Below, in pieces: positions 39,601-51,476 of a stretch of DNA of 64,000 nt. Below the pieces are notes generated by a model, which was not told where the DNA came from, ran no database searches, and saw nothing but the letters and a program-made list of their open reading frames with translations. This stretch comes from Pavona decussata. Its lineage: Eukaryota. Each line of letters begins with the position of its first letter. The first letter of the stretch is position 1. The position numbers and the translations under genes are program-made. Where the stretch lies: positions 2,666,001 to 2,730,000 of the forward strand of contig CDRNST010000148.1 in assembly GCA_977016875.1 (NCBI GenBank). Reading direction: 5' to 3'.

Positions 39601-42034
39601 TTTAAAGCGACAATTAATACAATTCACTCTCAACGTTTGCCACCTCAGTTTAACCAATGTTACCGAATGTTGCAGCGTATAATTTTGCGCATTGCCACAA
39701 TACGTGTGTGACGGTTCCTATTCCCAATCCATGGCGGCTCCCCTCTCATTTCTCTTTTACTTTTTACTCAATGTTGCTGCGTCTCATCGCTCGGTACTGT
39801 TACGGACGACGCCAGGCAATTTATGTGCAGAGTGTCTGGGGAGGAATTCAATACTTGATGTCCGTAAAAAAAAAATGCTTTCAATGACCTAATGTTATCA
39901 TACTTCGTTTTTATTATAATAAGCTTAAGATTAAATTTGAAATTACTTTATAGAAAAACAAACAAACAAAAAATAAAAATCTCGCTTGCGACCCCTAGTA
40001 ACACCTACTTAGTGTTTAAATAAAAGTTTCACCTGTCATTTAATTAAACTTCGTTTGAGCTTTAAAACTACTCAACTCTCATCTTCAATCCTCAGCAGAG
40101 GCCAAGCGTTTCCCCGATAATCTTGAGATAAATTTGTTCTTTTTATATGTAGTCAGAGTTTACACATCAGGTAATCGTGATTTCGTTTTGAGGTTGCGTG
40201 AGTTCTCCTGCAGTGATTAACGCCAAAAATGTTAGTCTTTTGGTCCAAAAAGAATTATAAAAGATACTATGTCTTTAATGAGAAGATAGATGACAAACAG
40301 ATAAGTTATTATCAGAACTATTACATATTTTTGTCATTTCCTTCAATGACTTTATTGTCAATTCAGCTGCTTGTAATATACTATCCATTCTTGAACAAAA
40401 ATTTCATCTATCAGCTGGTCTCTTCGTTGTTTGCGGCCGTTATTCTTATTATCCAGGCCAGGGAATGGCAAGTAATTTTAAAAGGTGATAATACTATTTC
40501 GAACTTGGAACTACTAATACTATAATGGATTATACACTTAATCCAATTATTGTTGAATCAATAACATTTAAAATTAACGGTTTACGCGAAACTAACAGAT
40601 TATTTACGTGCGCACAATATTTCTAATTAAAAAAAACACAAAATTATAATTTATTGTAAATAAATCTAATAGTTTTTAGTAACGTATTAAATTCTCAGTA
40701 AACAAATCGGTGATAACTAATTGAGCACTCTTTTTACAGCCAATAAATCAAAGTTTTTTTAAAGACATATAAATGAATCGGTGGTTTTAAAACGATACAA
40801 GGCAGAAAACTGATTATAAGCCAGACATTAATCCAGGCATTAATTCTGCTGTGAAGAAAAATACTGATCCCTGGAAAAATTAAAGAAGTTCATCCTCTCT
40901 TAGTAATAAGCAACGAACAAACAACTGCAACTGCCGGTACACCTCTGAGTGTAATGTCTTTTGTAAGGGGATGGGGGAAGGGGGTCTGGGGCAAAACAAA
41001 ATAATTCCTTTGAATTCAGATCGATTTTAATTTGAGCCGCTGGGTGTGCCATTCCGGAGTTCAGAAAATCTCTATTTCAGTTCAAAGTAAACCATCTCCA
41101 CAGACTATATAGTATTTCAGAACCAATCCCTTAACATTTTTTACTTGGGCCTTTCTAGATACCAAAAAAGAGTGATAATCTTTTCCCTGTTTAATAAATA
41201 TAAACAGTGAGCAAAACATAAGCTGCCTTAATTCATTTAAGGTGGCTGACACCGGTTTCCAGCACTTTCCAGCGCTTATATTTTGACGGGTCAATACTAC
41301 CACTCTTTCATACAACCATAATGGTATCAAACGAACGCCTAATCATCGACGAACAACTCATGGTCATTTTCTCGACATAATTGGTGACCATAGCAACATT
41401 GTAACCAGTTAAAACCGGTTAATCGTAAGGGGGGAGGGTTTCAGAACTGAAAATATAAGGTAACTCTGCAAAAAGTTGTATCTGAATATGCTAATTACAC
41501 TTCTACGGATAATAAAAAATGGGGATAACCGCGCTCGTTTTTGAATTATTACCACTTCAAGCTAAAATTAAGTATGCTTTTAATAGGTTATACAGTTGCT
41601 TTGGCAACTTATTATGTCGAAAAAATGAGCATGACTTCAGTTGCTTATGATTAGGTATTTGCTTGATACAATTACTGTTGTATGAAATGATAAAGAGTGG
41701 TAGTATTGATCCGTCAAAACATAAGTGGTGGAAAACGGTGGAAATTGTTCTCGAACCAGCTATTCACCACAATAAGTGTTAAATTGTTAAACTATAAAAA
41801 TTCAATCAATAAAAAGACTCACTCTTGTATTGATTATGTCCGTTAATTTCGTAGGGTGATTAACTTTCGTTGTCGTGAAGTGACACCCGCCAACAAATAA
41901 ATTACTAGGAAATTAAGAATTTCCGGCGGTTTACTCTTTATGCTTTCACATTTTTGCTTTATCAGTTATCAATCCTAGATGCAAAATATCGACGGCAGAC
42001 TAATCCCAATGGCGGAGGTGGCGAAAAATAAAGC

Positions 42035-42345
42035 AAAATGGTTGGAACAACTGAAACATATTATAAAAAATTAACCCGATATTTCGGTTTGCAACTCAAA
42101 CCTTCCTCGGTGGCTGAACGGAAAAAAGAGAGAAACATAAAAGGATCGCTACAAATAAAGGTTTAAAATTTAAAATGCATGGCAATAATTGGTTGTTTAG
42201 GACTAATTATATAAGTTACAAGTGTGAGATTTCAGTAGCATACTTCGCCACGTACATTGTACCAAGGGGATTTCTTTTTAGTTTTGTTAATGAAATAAGC
42301 TTCACGAGCCTTTCTAACTGAGTCACGCGTGCTGCGTAAAGAAAA
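42035..42345 (-). mobile_element. Penelope-like 3' remnant: GIY-YIG C-terminus and degenerate hammerhead
   Basis: Minus-strand LRSTRDSVRKAREAYFINKTK resembles the R...E helix at the end of Penelope GIY-YIG domains; it is followed by ccgagga-aggtttgagttgcaaacc-gaaatatc. Confidence 0.6.
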
Positions 42346-44108
42346 ATTTGTTATCAGTCCTAGCCTGTGCTGATTAAATTATCTTTTCTCCGGATGGTAT
42401 CCGTAGTGACTGTTCGCCACAGATCAGGACATCTTCTTAAGTTTGTTTCCAGGAAAATTACATAAGTCTAAATATAACTATTTCACCGGTATCTAGCTAA
42501 TTTATATTTTCGGAAGCTCGCTACATTCGATCAGCAAAATTGTGTGCCCCTTATACTCGTTAAGGGCCGATTCATTGCGTAGAGCGACAAGTGAAGTACG
42601 AAAACCAGTTTCGTACGATTTTGCATTATAGGAGTTTTTGAATAAGTCCGGCTTTTTACGGAGAGTCATTACACTTCATCATCTTCTGAATTTGAACGTG
42701 GGGTTGGGGGGGGCGAGGAAATTATGCAACAAGGCTGGCTACTCATGCTAGTCGTGCACGAAAGTTCGGATAAATGCGCAATGCAACTGATTGACACTAC
42801 TGCATCTCTCTCCTGCGCAGCCGAAAAGTTGGAAATGGTACGGAAATTAGAAATGGAGAAAAAGTGGCGCTCCTCATTATTTCACTCCCTTCAGTACCTT
42901 ACTGTATTCGTTTCCGCTTACCCCCACCCCCCACCCTGCGGTCCCCACTCGAGCTCTGTAGGAGAGAGCTACTGCACGCAGGGTAGCATATTTCGTGTGC
43001 GAGATTTTAAATTTATCCGAGATCCGAAAAAACCGTTCGTGACTTGGTCGCGAAATATTATAAAACTCAGCCAACAGGACTAACAAAAGGACTAGTCCAG
43101 GTGTAAGAAATTAAGTTGGAAAAAAATTGGTCGTAAAGATAACAAAGCTTTTTTTTTCGATATCTGAAAGCGGATGAAGCTCGAGTGAACATTTAAGATG
43201 GCCATTTTAACAATTTCTGAAAATATTGTTTAATGTTTTCAAAACATAAATATGCAAAAGAGGTAATTATACTGATTAGAAATTTTTCATTCGGAAAAAC
43301 CAAAACATGCTTGGGATGAATAATAACCATCTTTAATCCTTGTAAGGCGCCACTTAAACAGACAGTAGCAATTTGCAAACAATTTTACGCCAAGGCCCAT
43401 GCAATAGCTAAAAAATAAGTAAATTGGCCTTATACTTCGTTTAGACAAATCTAGCTTTTATCTGGCGGGGCTAATTTAAGAAAGCTGATGTGAAAATAGT
43501 AACAATAATATGCGCTCAGCCAATATCTGAATGTTAGGTTTCATTGCGTCTCATTTCATTAGGCCGACACACTTAATCTTTCACATAAATACTGTGTGCA
43601 TATTAATATTCTATCTGTATTCTGATTTTTTAATTTGACTTGTTTACGGTTATTCTTTTCAGCCTACCACTATAAATGCATCAGCATTTTATCTCACTTG
43701 TTTAAATACTGTAACCGTTTTAAAAGACGATTACCTGTTTTTTTATGAACAGACTTGATGAGGTAATTTGTCCACCGTGAAGAGTTTCGAGTATCGATGT
43801 TTCGTGCGTTATCCCTTACTCAGAGCGAATCGCTCTGACGAAGGGCTAACGCTCCAAACTTCAGCACCGAATCCCTTTACGGTAGACAAATTACCTTATA
43901 AACTCTGCCGGATAAAATGGAACATTCTTTTCCTCTTCCCACCAAAGCAGCACTACAGTTTCTTTACAAAAACCAACCCCCTTATTTAATAGAAAACTAG
44001 TTTAGTCTAGCGAAAATATTCATTTGACAAATTTATTGAAATAATTTTCAGCTGCTCAATCAGTCGGTGTTCTACATCTTCGAGTTATTAGGCTTCATTT
44101 TGTTGCTC

Positions 44109-44155
44109 AGTTGTACTGAAGATAGGTGTTTTTCATCCGAAACATGTACTATAAA
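44109..44155 (+). ncRNA. Minimal type I hammerhead-ribozyme-like motif, Penelope-associated, probably degenerate
   Basis: CTGAAGA-(ta ggtg ttttt ca t cc)-GAAA, palindromic ACATGT stem III and a GUA triplet; stem I pairing is poor. Confidence 0.4.
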
Positions 44156-44527
44156 CCTTCCGTGCTTTCTTTTTAATGTTTATAAAATTCAATTCCGTGT
44201 CAGCAAAAGGGATGCCGGCTCACCGCATTCAACACTAGAAACAAACCAAAATTAAGACCAAAATTAAAAGAGGATCTTTTCGCACCTATAACGTCTGATG
44301 AATGAAGAGCTATAGCAAGCTAACCAATCAAAATCTGGGGATTGTCATTTTTAATTCATCTAAAACAATGCATGAGGAAGCTAACCTTTTAATATTGACC
44401 TTCACTGCACGATAACGTCACCTTAACCATAACTCGATAATTTACCCGCAAGTTCAAAAACGGTGATAAAAGGCACCGGCGTACTTGCCTGTTTTAATAA
44501 TTCGTTGGATGCGAAGGGAGATGAGAC

Positions 44528-47265
44528 ATGGTGCCATTAATAACTTTTCTGTACGTTTCTTTAAGTTGCCTAATTACCTTGAGTAACCTTTTGGTTATAC
44601 TGGCGTTTAAAAGGACTCCGATCTTGAGAAAAGCCACCAATTTTTCTCTTGTTTCCTTGGCAGTGGCGGATTTATTCGTGGGTGTAATTGTTTTGCCTCT
44701 GAGAACTCTGGAAGCACAAACTTTCAACTGGACACGAAGCCTTTATTGGTGTCAATGTTCCCTCAGTTTAACTCTACTAAGCTTATCTGCTTCGGCGCTG
44801 AATCTTTCAATTGTCACAACTGAGCGTTATTTTGCCGTCATCCTACCACTACTATATCAAAGCAAAATCACTTCCCGGCGACTTTTTTACTCGATAATTT
44901 TTGTTTGGATCGTTGCGCTTCTGGTGTCGTTTTTACCATTCGTTGCTTTGAAGAGCACCACAGCTCAAGAACGAAGTCGCCAACATAAAATTTGCCGTTT
45001 TGCGGACACGATGAGCGCTGAATATCTGACTTTTTTTGTTTCCATTATCGTGTTAATTCCAACTTTGTTTATAAGTTACGCCTACATAAGGATGTATCGT
45101 GCTGCAAACAAGGTAAGACGCCGCTTAAAATCGCTGCAGGTGCCAAACGGAGGAGGGGACATCATGTCAGTCTTGAAGGAGTCCAAGGCCGCCAAGACGA
45201 TTGGTGAGTTTGTAGACTTCACTGAACAACTCAGATCTACTTCTTTATTATACGGTGATGAATGAAATTTTAAATTAAAAAAAAAATAGAGAGAACAAGA
45301 GAGAGTTAAAAAAACGCAACAACTCTTTCAGGGATGTAAATTTCAATAACAAATAATCATATAGCAAGCCATGCCAACCGTCGCCAATTGGCGGCATGTC
45401 GGCTCTGATAACAACATCGATTTTTGCATTATTTATTTTTCTTTGTTTACTTTCCCCAAACATCCTCAATTGATACTTGAGCCAGACACCCGGTTTCTGC
45501 TGCTCGGGAACGAAACAAAGAAAATCTAAATGCAGTGTAAATGGCCGTACATCACGAAAAAAGGCATATTTTTTAGTTTCAGACAAGTCGCTGTTACCAT
45601 TAAGGTAGCCACTGTTGTACAATTAATAACAAGATAACAAACAGCTCCTGCGGCGTGATAAATTGTTAGAACCATCATGTACTTAACAATAAATATTACC
45701 CTTCGAAATCGCGCGGAATATCCCCTGACACTTGACCGATGAGGCCGTAGGCCTAGTTGGCTAAAATCAGGGCGTATTCCGCAAGATTGAGCATTTTTCA
45801 ACGGCAAAGCACAATTTTATTACAGAAAAGCTGAAGAAGATCTTTATTTTGTCATTTTCTCCCCGACGCACGAAATTACGTATATCGTAGGATATCTGTT
45901 GACTACCGACGACGAATATTCAGTGCACTATGACCATATTTGGGCATTGTTACAATGTGTTCAATAATAAGGCATGTAAACAGCACTACAGGAAAGGAAA
46001 TAACACTAGGCAGCTTTCAGAATATGAATCGTCGCAGTGACTTTATCTACAAACTTTAAGGCAATTGTAAAATTCTTTATACTTCACAATAGTGAATTGT
46101 CATATTTTGGCGTTTGTTTTGTTTTGTTTGTTTGTTTGTTTTTTGCACAGACTCGACCACTTTGCATGCACTGAATAACGGTACCGCACAAGAAAGTACT
46201 TCATTTCAATTTTCAGAATTTTATCCACTGACTGAAACATTTCTACCGCCTTTATAAATAGTTGCTGATAATAAACGGCACCATTATTATAAGTCCAGTT
46301 CAGTAGCTTTCATTTAAATGGTACTGAGTTTTTTAACGGTTTTCATCATCAGACTCAAAACGTTTGATTATTTGGGTCCCACAACATCAGCAATTTTTGT
46401 TTAGTACTAACTAAACCGCCGTCTTCTGACCACACAAAAACACATTAATTTTTCAATCATATACTTTGTTCCCGACTAAGTCTGAGTCGCTTTATGTTGT
46501 AGAGTCGGAGAGTTATTGTATCCGGTCTCGTAGGTGAAACAGTTATAAACTGGTTTAAATCCTTTTCTAGTTGACAAAAAAAAAAAAAAGATTTTAAAGA
46601 TTTACAATGCAACGTGCAACTTAGATGCGGCCACTTTTCTTGAGAGCAAGCATCCTTCATATATCATTTGTCTAAATTCACATCTCGGCTCGACCGGTGC
46701 GCTGCTAAAACTCGCCAACCAACCAGCAATCTTGCTAGATATCCAGATTAACCCGCCTCGAGTGGGCTCCCTTGACCCTGTAATCCTATTCTAACTGAAT
46801 ATTTTCCCTCATGAAAGTTTGCAAGTCGAATAAAAGCGACAACCGCACTTTTTTCTGCGTCTGTCAAGCTTTCTTGAGGTCAGTAATTGTTAAAGTAACC
46901 ACTAACATGTTGATCAACCTTTCTTTCCAGGTATAGTAGTTGGTGTGTTTTACCTGTGTTGGATTCCATTCATGATTGCCGTGGTTCTGAGCGCATTTTT
47001 CAAGAATCTCATAACTCCAGTTGTGGTCTTGGTAATATCTACACTCGTCTACAGCAATTCTGCTATGAACCCAGTCCTCTACGGTTACTTGAATCGCGAC
47101 TTCCGTTTGGCTTACAAGAAACTATTTTCCAGGATTTCTTGTCCGTGTAAAAGGGTCCATGTTCACCAGGAAAGAAGTTATGATATATCAGAAATGTCAG
47201 TTCACGAGCTCACACTTTCTCAACAAGTGCGAGGAATATATATCACCGAAACCAGTAGACCTTGA
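44528..47265 (+). CDS. Class A GPCR, paralogue of 22660-24595; exons 44528-45203, 46931-47265
   Basis: SNLLV, SLAVADL, TERYF, ESKAAKT, CWIPF and NSAMNPVLY motifs. Phase-1 intron ATTG|gtgag...ttccag|GT. The N-terminus is uncertain. Confidence 0.92.
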
Positions 47266-47596
47266 AACTGACTTTACAACGAAATGGAGCATTAGCGAAA
47301 GACTGGTTGTGTACGAGCACTTTTTGCTTGGCCAGTTTTCTGACGATTTTGGCTTGTTCGTGTGTTAAGGGTAAACAAGCTTCCAGCGTCATCCAATTTA
47401 ATTGTCATGCAGTTTAAAAACTGGAGAGAGTCGTCGAAGAAACGCTTGAAAAATGTTGTCATACGCATGACAATTTAAAACTTCCAAACGGAGACTTGCC
47501 CCGCCGTTTACAGCTATAGTTCGCATATTTGTTTGCTAAAGCCCGACCCTTAGCTGTAAACTAACCGCCACAAGGACGTTTCCACTTAGCCTCGAG

Positions 47597-47880
47597 GAAG
47601 CAGGGATGGTGCAGTGGTGAGACCAGTGTGGCCCGGGTTTGATTCACCGACACGACGTCATAGGCGGGCTGAGTTCGTTGTTCGTTCTTGTTCTTGCTTC
47701 AAGAGGTTTTTCTCCGGGTCCTCCGGTTTTCCCTCTCTTCAAAAACAAACATTTGTACGTTGCAATTCGATCCGGAATCCGAGGGCCACAGGTTTGTTGG
47801 TCTCTAGAATATTAAGTGCTACCTCCGCTAAACAAAATCGATTTATAATCCTGGCTCGTTAAACAAAGTCGATTTATTGT
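47597..47880 (+). mobile_element. tRNA-derived SINE with V-domain-like core, copy 3
   Basis: gcagggatggtgcagtggtgag...ccgggtcctccggttttccctctc. Confidence 0.78.
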
Positions 47881-49736
47881 TTAGACTTAGTGGATGGAAC
47901 ATAACAGTCTCATTCAATAATATTTTCCCACATGTTGGTTGATTTTTTATCACAATATCGTCGGTAGGTCGTCCTCCAAATAAATGCCTCCTTTCGATTA
48001 AAGTAAACTAAGCATCAGAAAAGACAACTTGTGGACGTTAAGCTCCGTTATACGACAAACGAAAGCACTACTGATATGGGCACGCGCAGTGCGCCTATGC
48101 TTATTTTACGCCAGTTGGTCTTTACAGACACTAAACTACCACATTGTCTCTCTTCAATGAGGTGCATGTATATAAATGGGTAGATGCCAGTCAGGGTTAG
48201 CAGTAAGTCGCTACACAGAGGGAATAGTTTAAAGGACCTATTAAGAAATGTAAATAAAAAATTATAACTACAGTTAAAATATTAAACTTACAAATTAATT
48301 AGAACTGTACAAAATATAGACTTAACTAAATCACGTGCATAAAAACAAGTTAAAATCCTTTAAAATAAGAATTGCACTTTAGTTTATAACATTTTAGAGT
48401 TTTTTCATTAGCTTTGATCTAAATATATTTTCAGTGGAATCAGTTTGACAATTTTCTGAAATTTTTTGAACATAATGAAAAGTCCAAGCTTGAAGGCTTG
48501 GGGAGTAATGAATGGAGCAGGGACTCGGTGGTCCTAGGAGATTAATTATCGGAAATCTTTAAGTTGTCCTGTCTCTTTTTGTTTTTGTGGTTGTTGTTGT
48601 TTTCACGTTCAATCTGATCACGGTATGTTTAATTCTCTTGCGTACAGTCAATTTTCTGAATCTGAGACAACAATAAACCGATTTTTGATTCGATATTCAC
48701 ACTGAGGCTTAGAAGACACAAACAAACTCACATGTTTATTCATCTCTAATGTTCAATTTTAATATTTCGAAAGAATGCATATTACAACGACGTGGGTATG
48801 GTGTGCTGGGCGACGTTTAACATTTGAATATTAAACGGCTGTAAAAACGTCTATCTATAGCATTATACATTCAAATAAATCATCTTCATCGTCATTAATT
48901 GTTTCATGTCTCCTACTGGGGTATTGGGCTGCTTCCTTCTCGTCTCCGGAGAGATATGTCTTCTGCAAATGTCGCTACCTCCGACCAGTCGTATTCTGAA
49001 TGCTCTGTCTTTATCCCCTCTTTATGAAAAAAATCAACCGTCGAAACGGGACTTGTAATTTCCAAGTCCAGCAGTCAGAACTCTGGTATGCTTCTTTTTC
49101 TCAACCAATGAGATTTGCTCGATCGCGTTTTCCAGTTTCCCGCTTTCTGGTTGGTTCATTGCGTTGTTTATATTTCTCACGATTGGTTAGAGTAAGGGAA
49201 GTGGTCAAAGCCACAATTCTCGAACAGGGCCCACCATACCAAAAAATAGATGGTGGTCTCTGCCTGCACCTTCCCCTTCCCCCTTCCTCAACCTTAAAAG
49301 ATGGTGTCTTTATTACATATCCACCCCTCTACCCAGCAGTAAAAAATGACAATGAGATCCAAACTTTACTTTTCTTGTTTATCTGGCAATGGTGACTCTT
49401 GCTAGCAGATTATTTCTGAGTCAACTGAAATTTTAAAGCCCACAAAATTTGTCGGTAAAGTTCATGAGATAAGAGGTGTCTTTGATAACCCCCCTACCCC
49501 AGACAAGGTGGGTCCTCTTCGAACAAACTTCTTATGACCAGTGTCCTTACCTTAGTTTTGGTTTTACGACACTCAAATCAACACCGCTCTTAATTAAACA
49601 CAGTAGAGCTACTACCATGTCTAAACTCCGGCCAGTTTTCCACGTGTTTACTCAATACCAAGCGTGTCTCTTTCCACGATGAACGAGAGATTAATAATCG
49701 TCAGTAACTACTACAAGAAATCAGTCATTGCCGCGA

Positions 49737-49752
49737 TCCCATAATGCACTCG
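49737..49752 (+). promoter_or_regulatory. Staf/ZNF143-like binding site in a CpG-rich putative kinesin promoter
   Basis: TCCCATAATGCACTCG matches the SBS consensus; an ACTACAA motif lies ~25 bp upstream and a strong first-exon donor ~290 bp downstream. Confidence 0.5.
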
Positions 49753-50008
49753 GGCAGTAACCGTTTGTCGACCTAGCTGACAGGGACGCGCGGGTCTTGG
49801 GACGAGAATGACGTGAGAAGATAAGCCACTTGTTGAAGCTTGGCGGTTTAGGTCACCTGCAGATACGGGTGACTACAACGGAACCAAAACAAGACTGGAG
49901 ATCTAATAAGTGACGCTAGTTTGAGAAACCTCTGTGTACATATGATTTTAGACTAATTTTTGGACTCAAATTCAGCAGGCATTTTACTCGCAAGGTTGAA
50001 TTTTTGGC

Positions 50009-50045
50009 ATGATTCGAGAGAACGTTCTTGTAAAAGCTGCTAAAG
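50009..50045 (+). CDS. Candidate kinesin first coding exon A (MIRENVLVKAAK)
   Basis: ATG...GCTAAAG|gtaag, phase 1, matching the acceptor at 54885. Confidence 0.5.
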
Positions 50046-51240
50046 GTAAGATTAGTGCTAGTGTTATTAGCTCATGCATGTCGGTTTCGCTTCATGTATT
50101 GCGGCTCTGGCTGATCGTATTGCAATCACGTTCCTTTTGATGGTTAAAACAACTAATACTTAGCTAGATAACGAACGATAACAATCCGCATCTCAAAGAT
50201 ATCACTTTTGCAAAAGCCGCAAGATAAGGCCTGCTGTTTTTACCCTCCTTCTATTGTTGGACTCAATCACAGTTTGGCATTCCGACAGATCTGACTTGTA
50301 TTTCACCGGTAAATTAAGTAACCTGGATTTGCTAGTTTCTCTCTTGGAACCACCGCTTTTCTTTGAACCTCTTGTGGCGTAAAATCATTCCTCGATTTAA
50401 TTGTTTCAAACAAGCTTTTTTCCCTGCTTTGTTTGCTGTTTGTTTAATTAATTTATTTTTCTTTCATTAAACCGACTGCTTCAGAAAAACACTATAGAAG
50501 GTCAGCTGTTAAAATAGTTCAACCGGTAATCCGAGTTTAGTCAAATAGCTTTCTGTAGGACTTGAACAATTCTATTAGATCAAGGGACTGTGTTCGTCGC
50601 AGAAAGGAATTTAACAAATTCAGTCCACTCGCTGGACCGGCTAACGAAAATTATTCTCTAAATTATTCGGCTGTGAGCTTTAAACGCACGCTTTACTAAA
50701 TAATTTTCGTACCTTTATTCAACGTCTTTGACCTACATCATCCAGCAATCCGTGCAGAATATAACACTCACTTATCAGTATATTTCTTGCAATTGTAAGG
50801 TGTTTTAGAATGGTACTTGTTGTTTTCTAAACGAAATATGAAGTGACCTTAATGAATCCGATTCAGAAGTCGAAAATAATATACACTGACATGGATTACA
50901 TTGATAAACACAATCAGTGTGATACACTGTACCTGAAAACTGATCGAAACTAACATTGAACGTTCACATGTTCAAGGTGTAGTACAATCCTTTCAGACCA
51001 AAGATCAGACTGATATATATTATAAATTCCTCTTACCAAATAATGCACATTTGCATTAGGTTGGATTGGAGAATTTGGTGTTACATCAAGCTGCTTTCAC
51101 CTTCATGCTCACGACTATTTGGCGAAGGGCGACTAGTTTGTCACAAACAATGTATCCAGTGTAAAAAATGCAAATATTTATTTTAATTCGTTACAAGCGA
51201 TAACCGTAGCAAGCTTTAAACAAGTGTAACTATTTTTCAG

Positions 51241-51476
51241 GCCCCAGTTGTTCAAAGGCCGGATAACTTTATCCGCTGGATAAGGCACTATTCATGCTCC
51301 AAAATATACTTCACGTTAAACGTTGTCCAAGGTTTTCGTACACTTCAAAACCCTGTGGTCAGAGTGTGCATATTCACTTGTACAAGAGGAAATACTGAAA
51401 TCTTTGCCCAGATTGAAACTGTCGGATAGTGACTTATCCACAGGATAAAGTCATCCGACCTTTGAACAACTGGAGC
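51241..51476. mobile_element. PIF/Harbinger-like MITE
   Basis: TIR gccccagttgttcaaagg...ggataa / ttatcc...cctttgaacaactggagc; CAG on both sides. Confidence 0.82.

Noticed and set aside
50800-50846. Possible kinesin exon after a tgtaag acceptor
   Set aside because: The phase-1 reading hits TGA within 16 codons.
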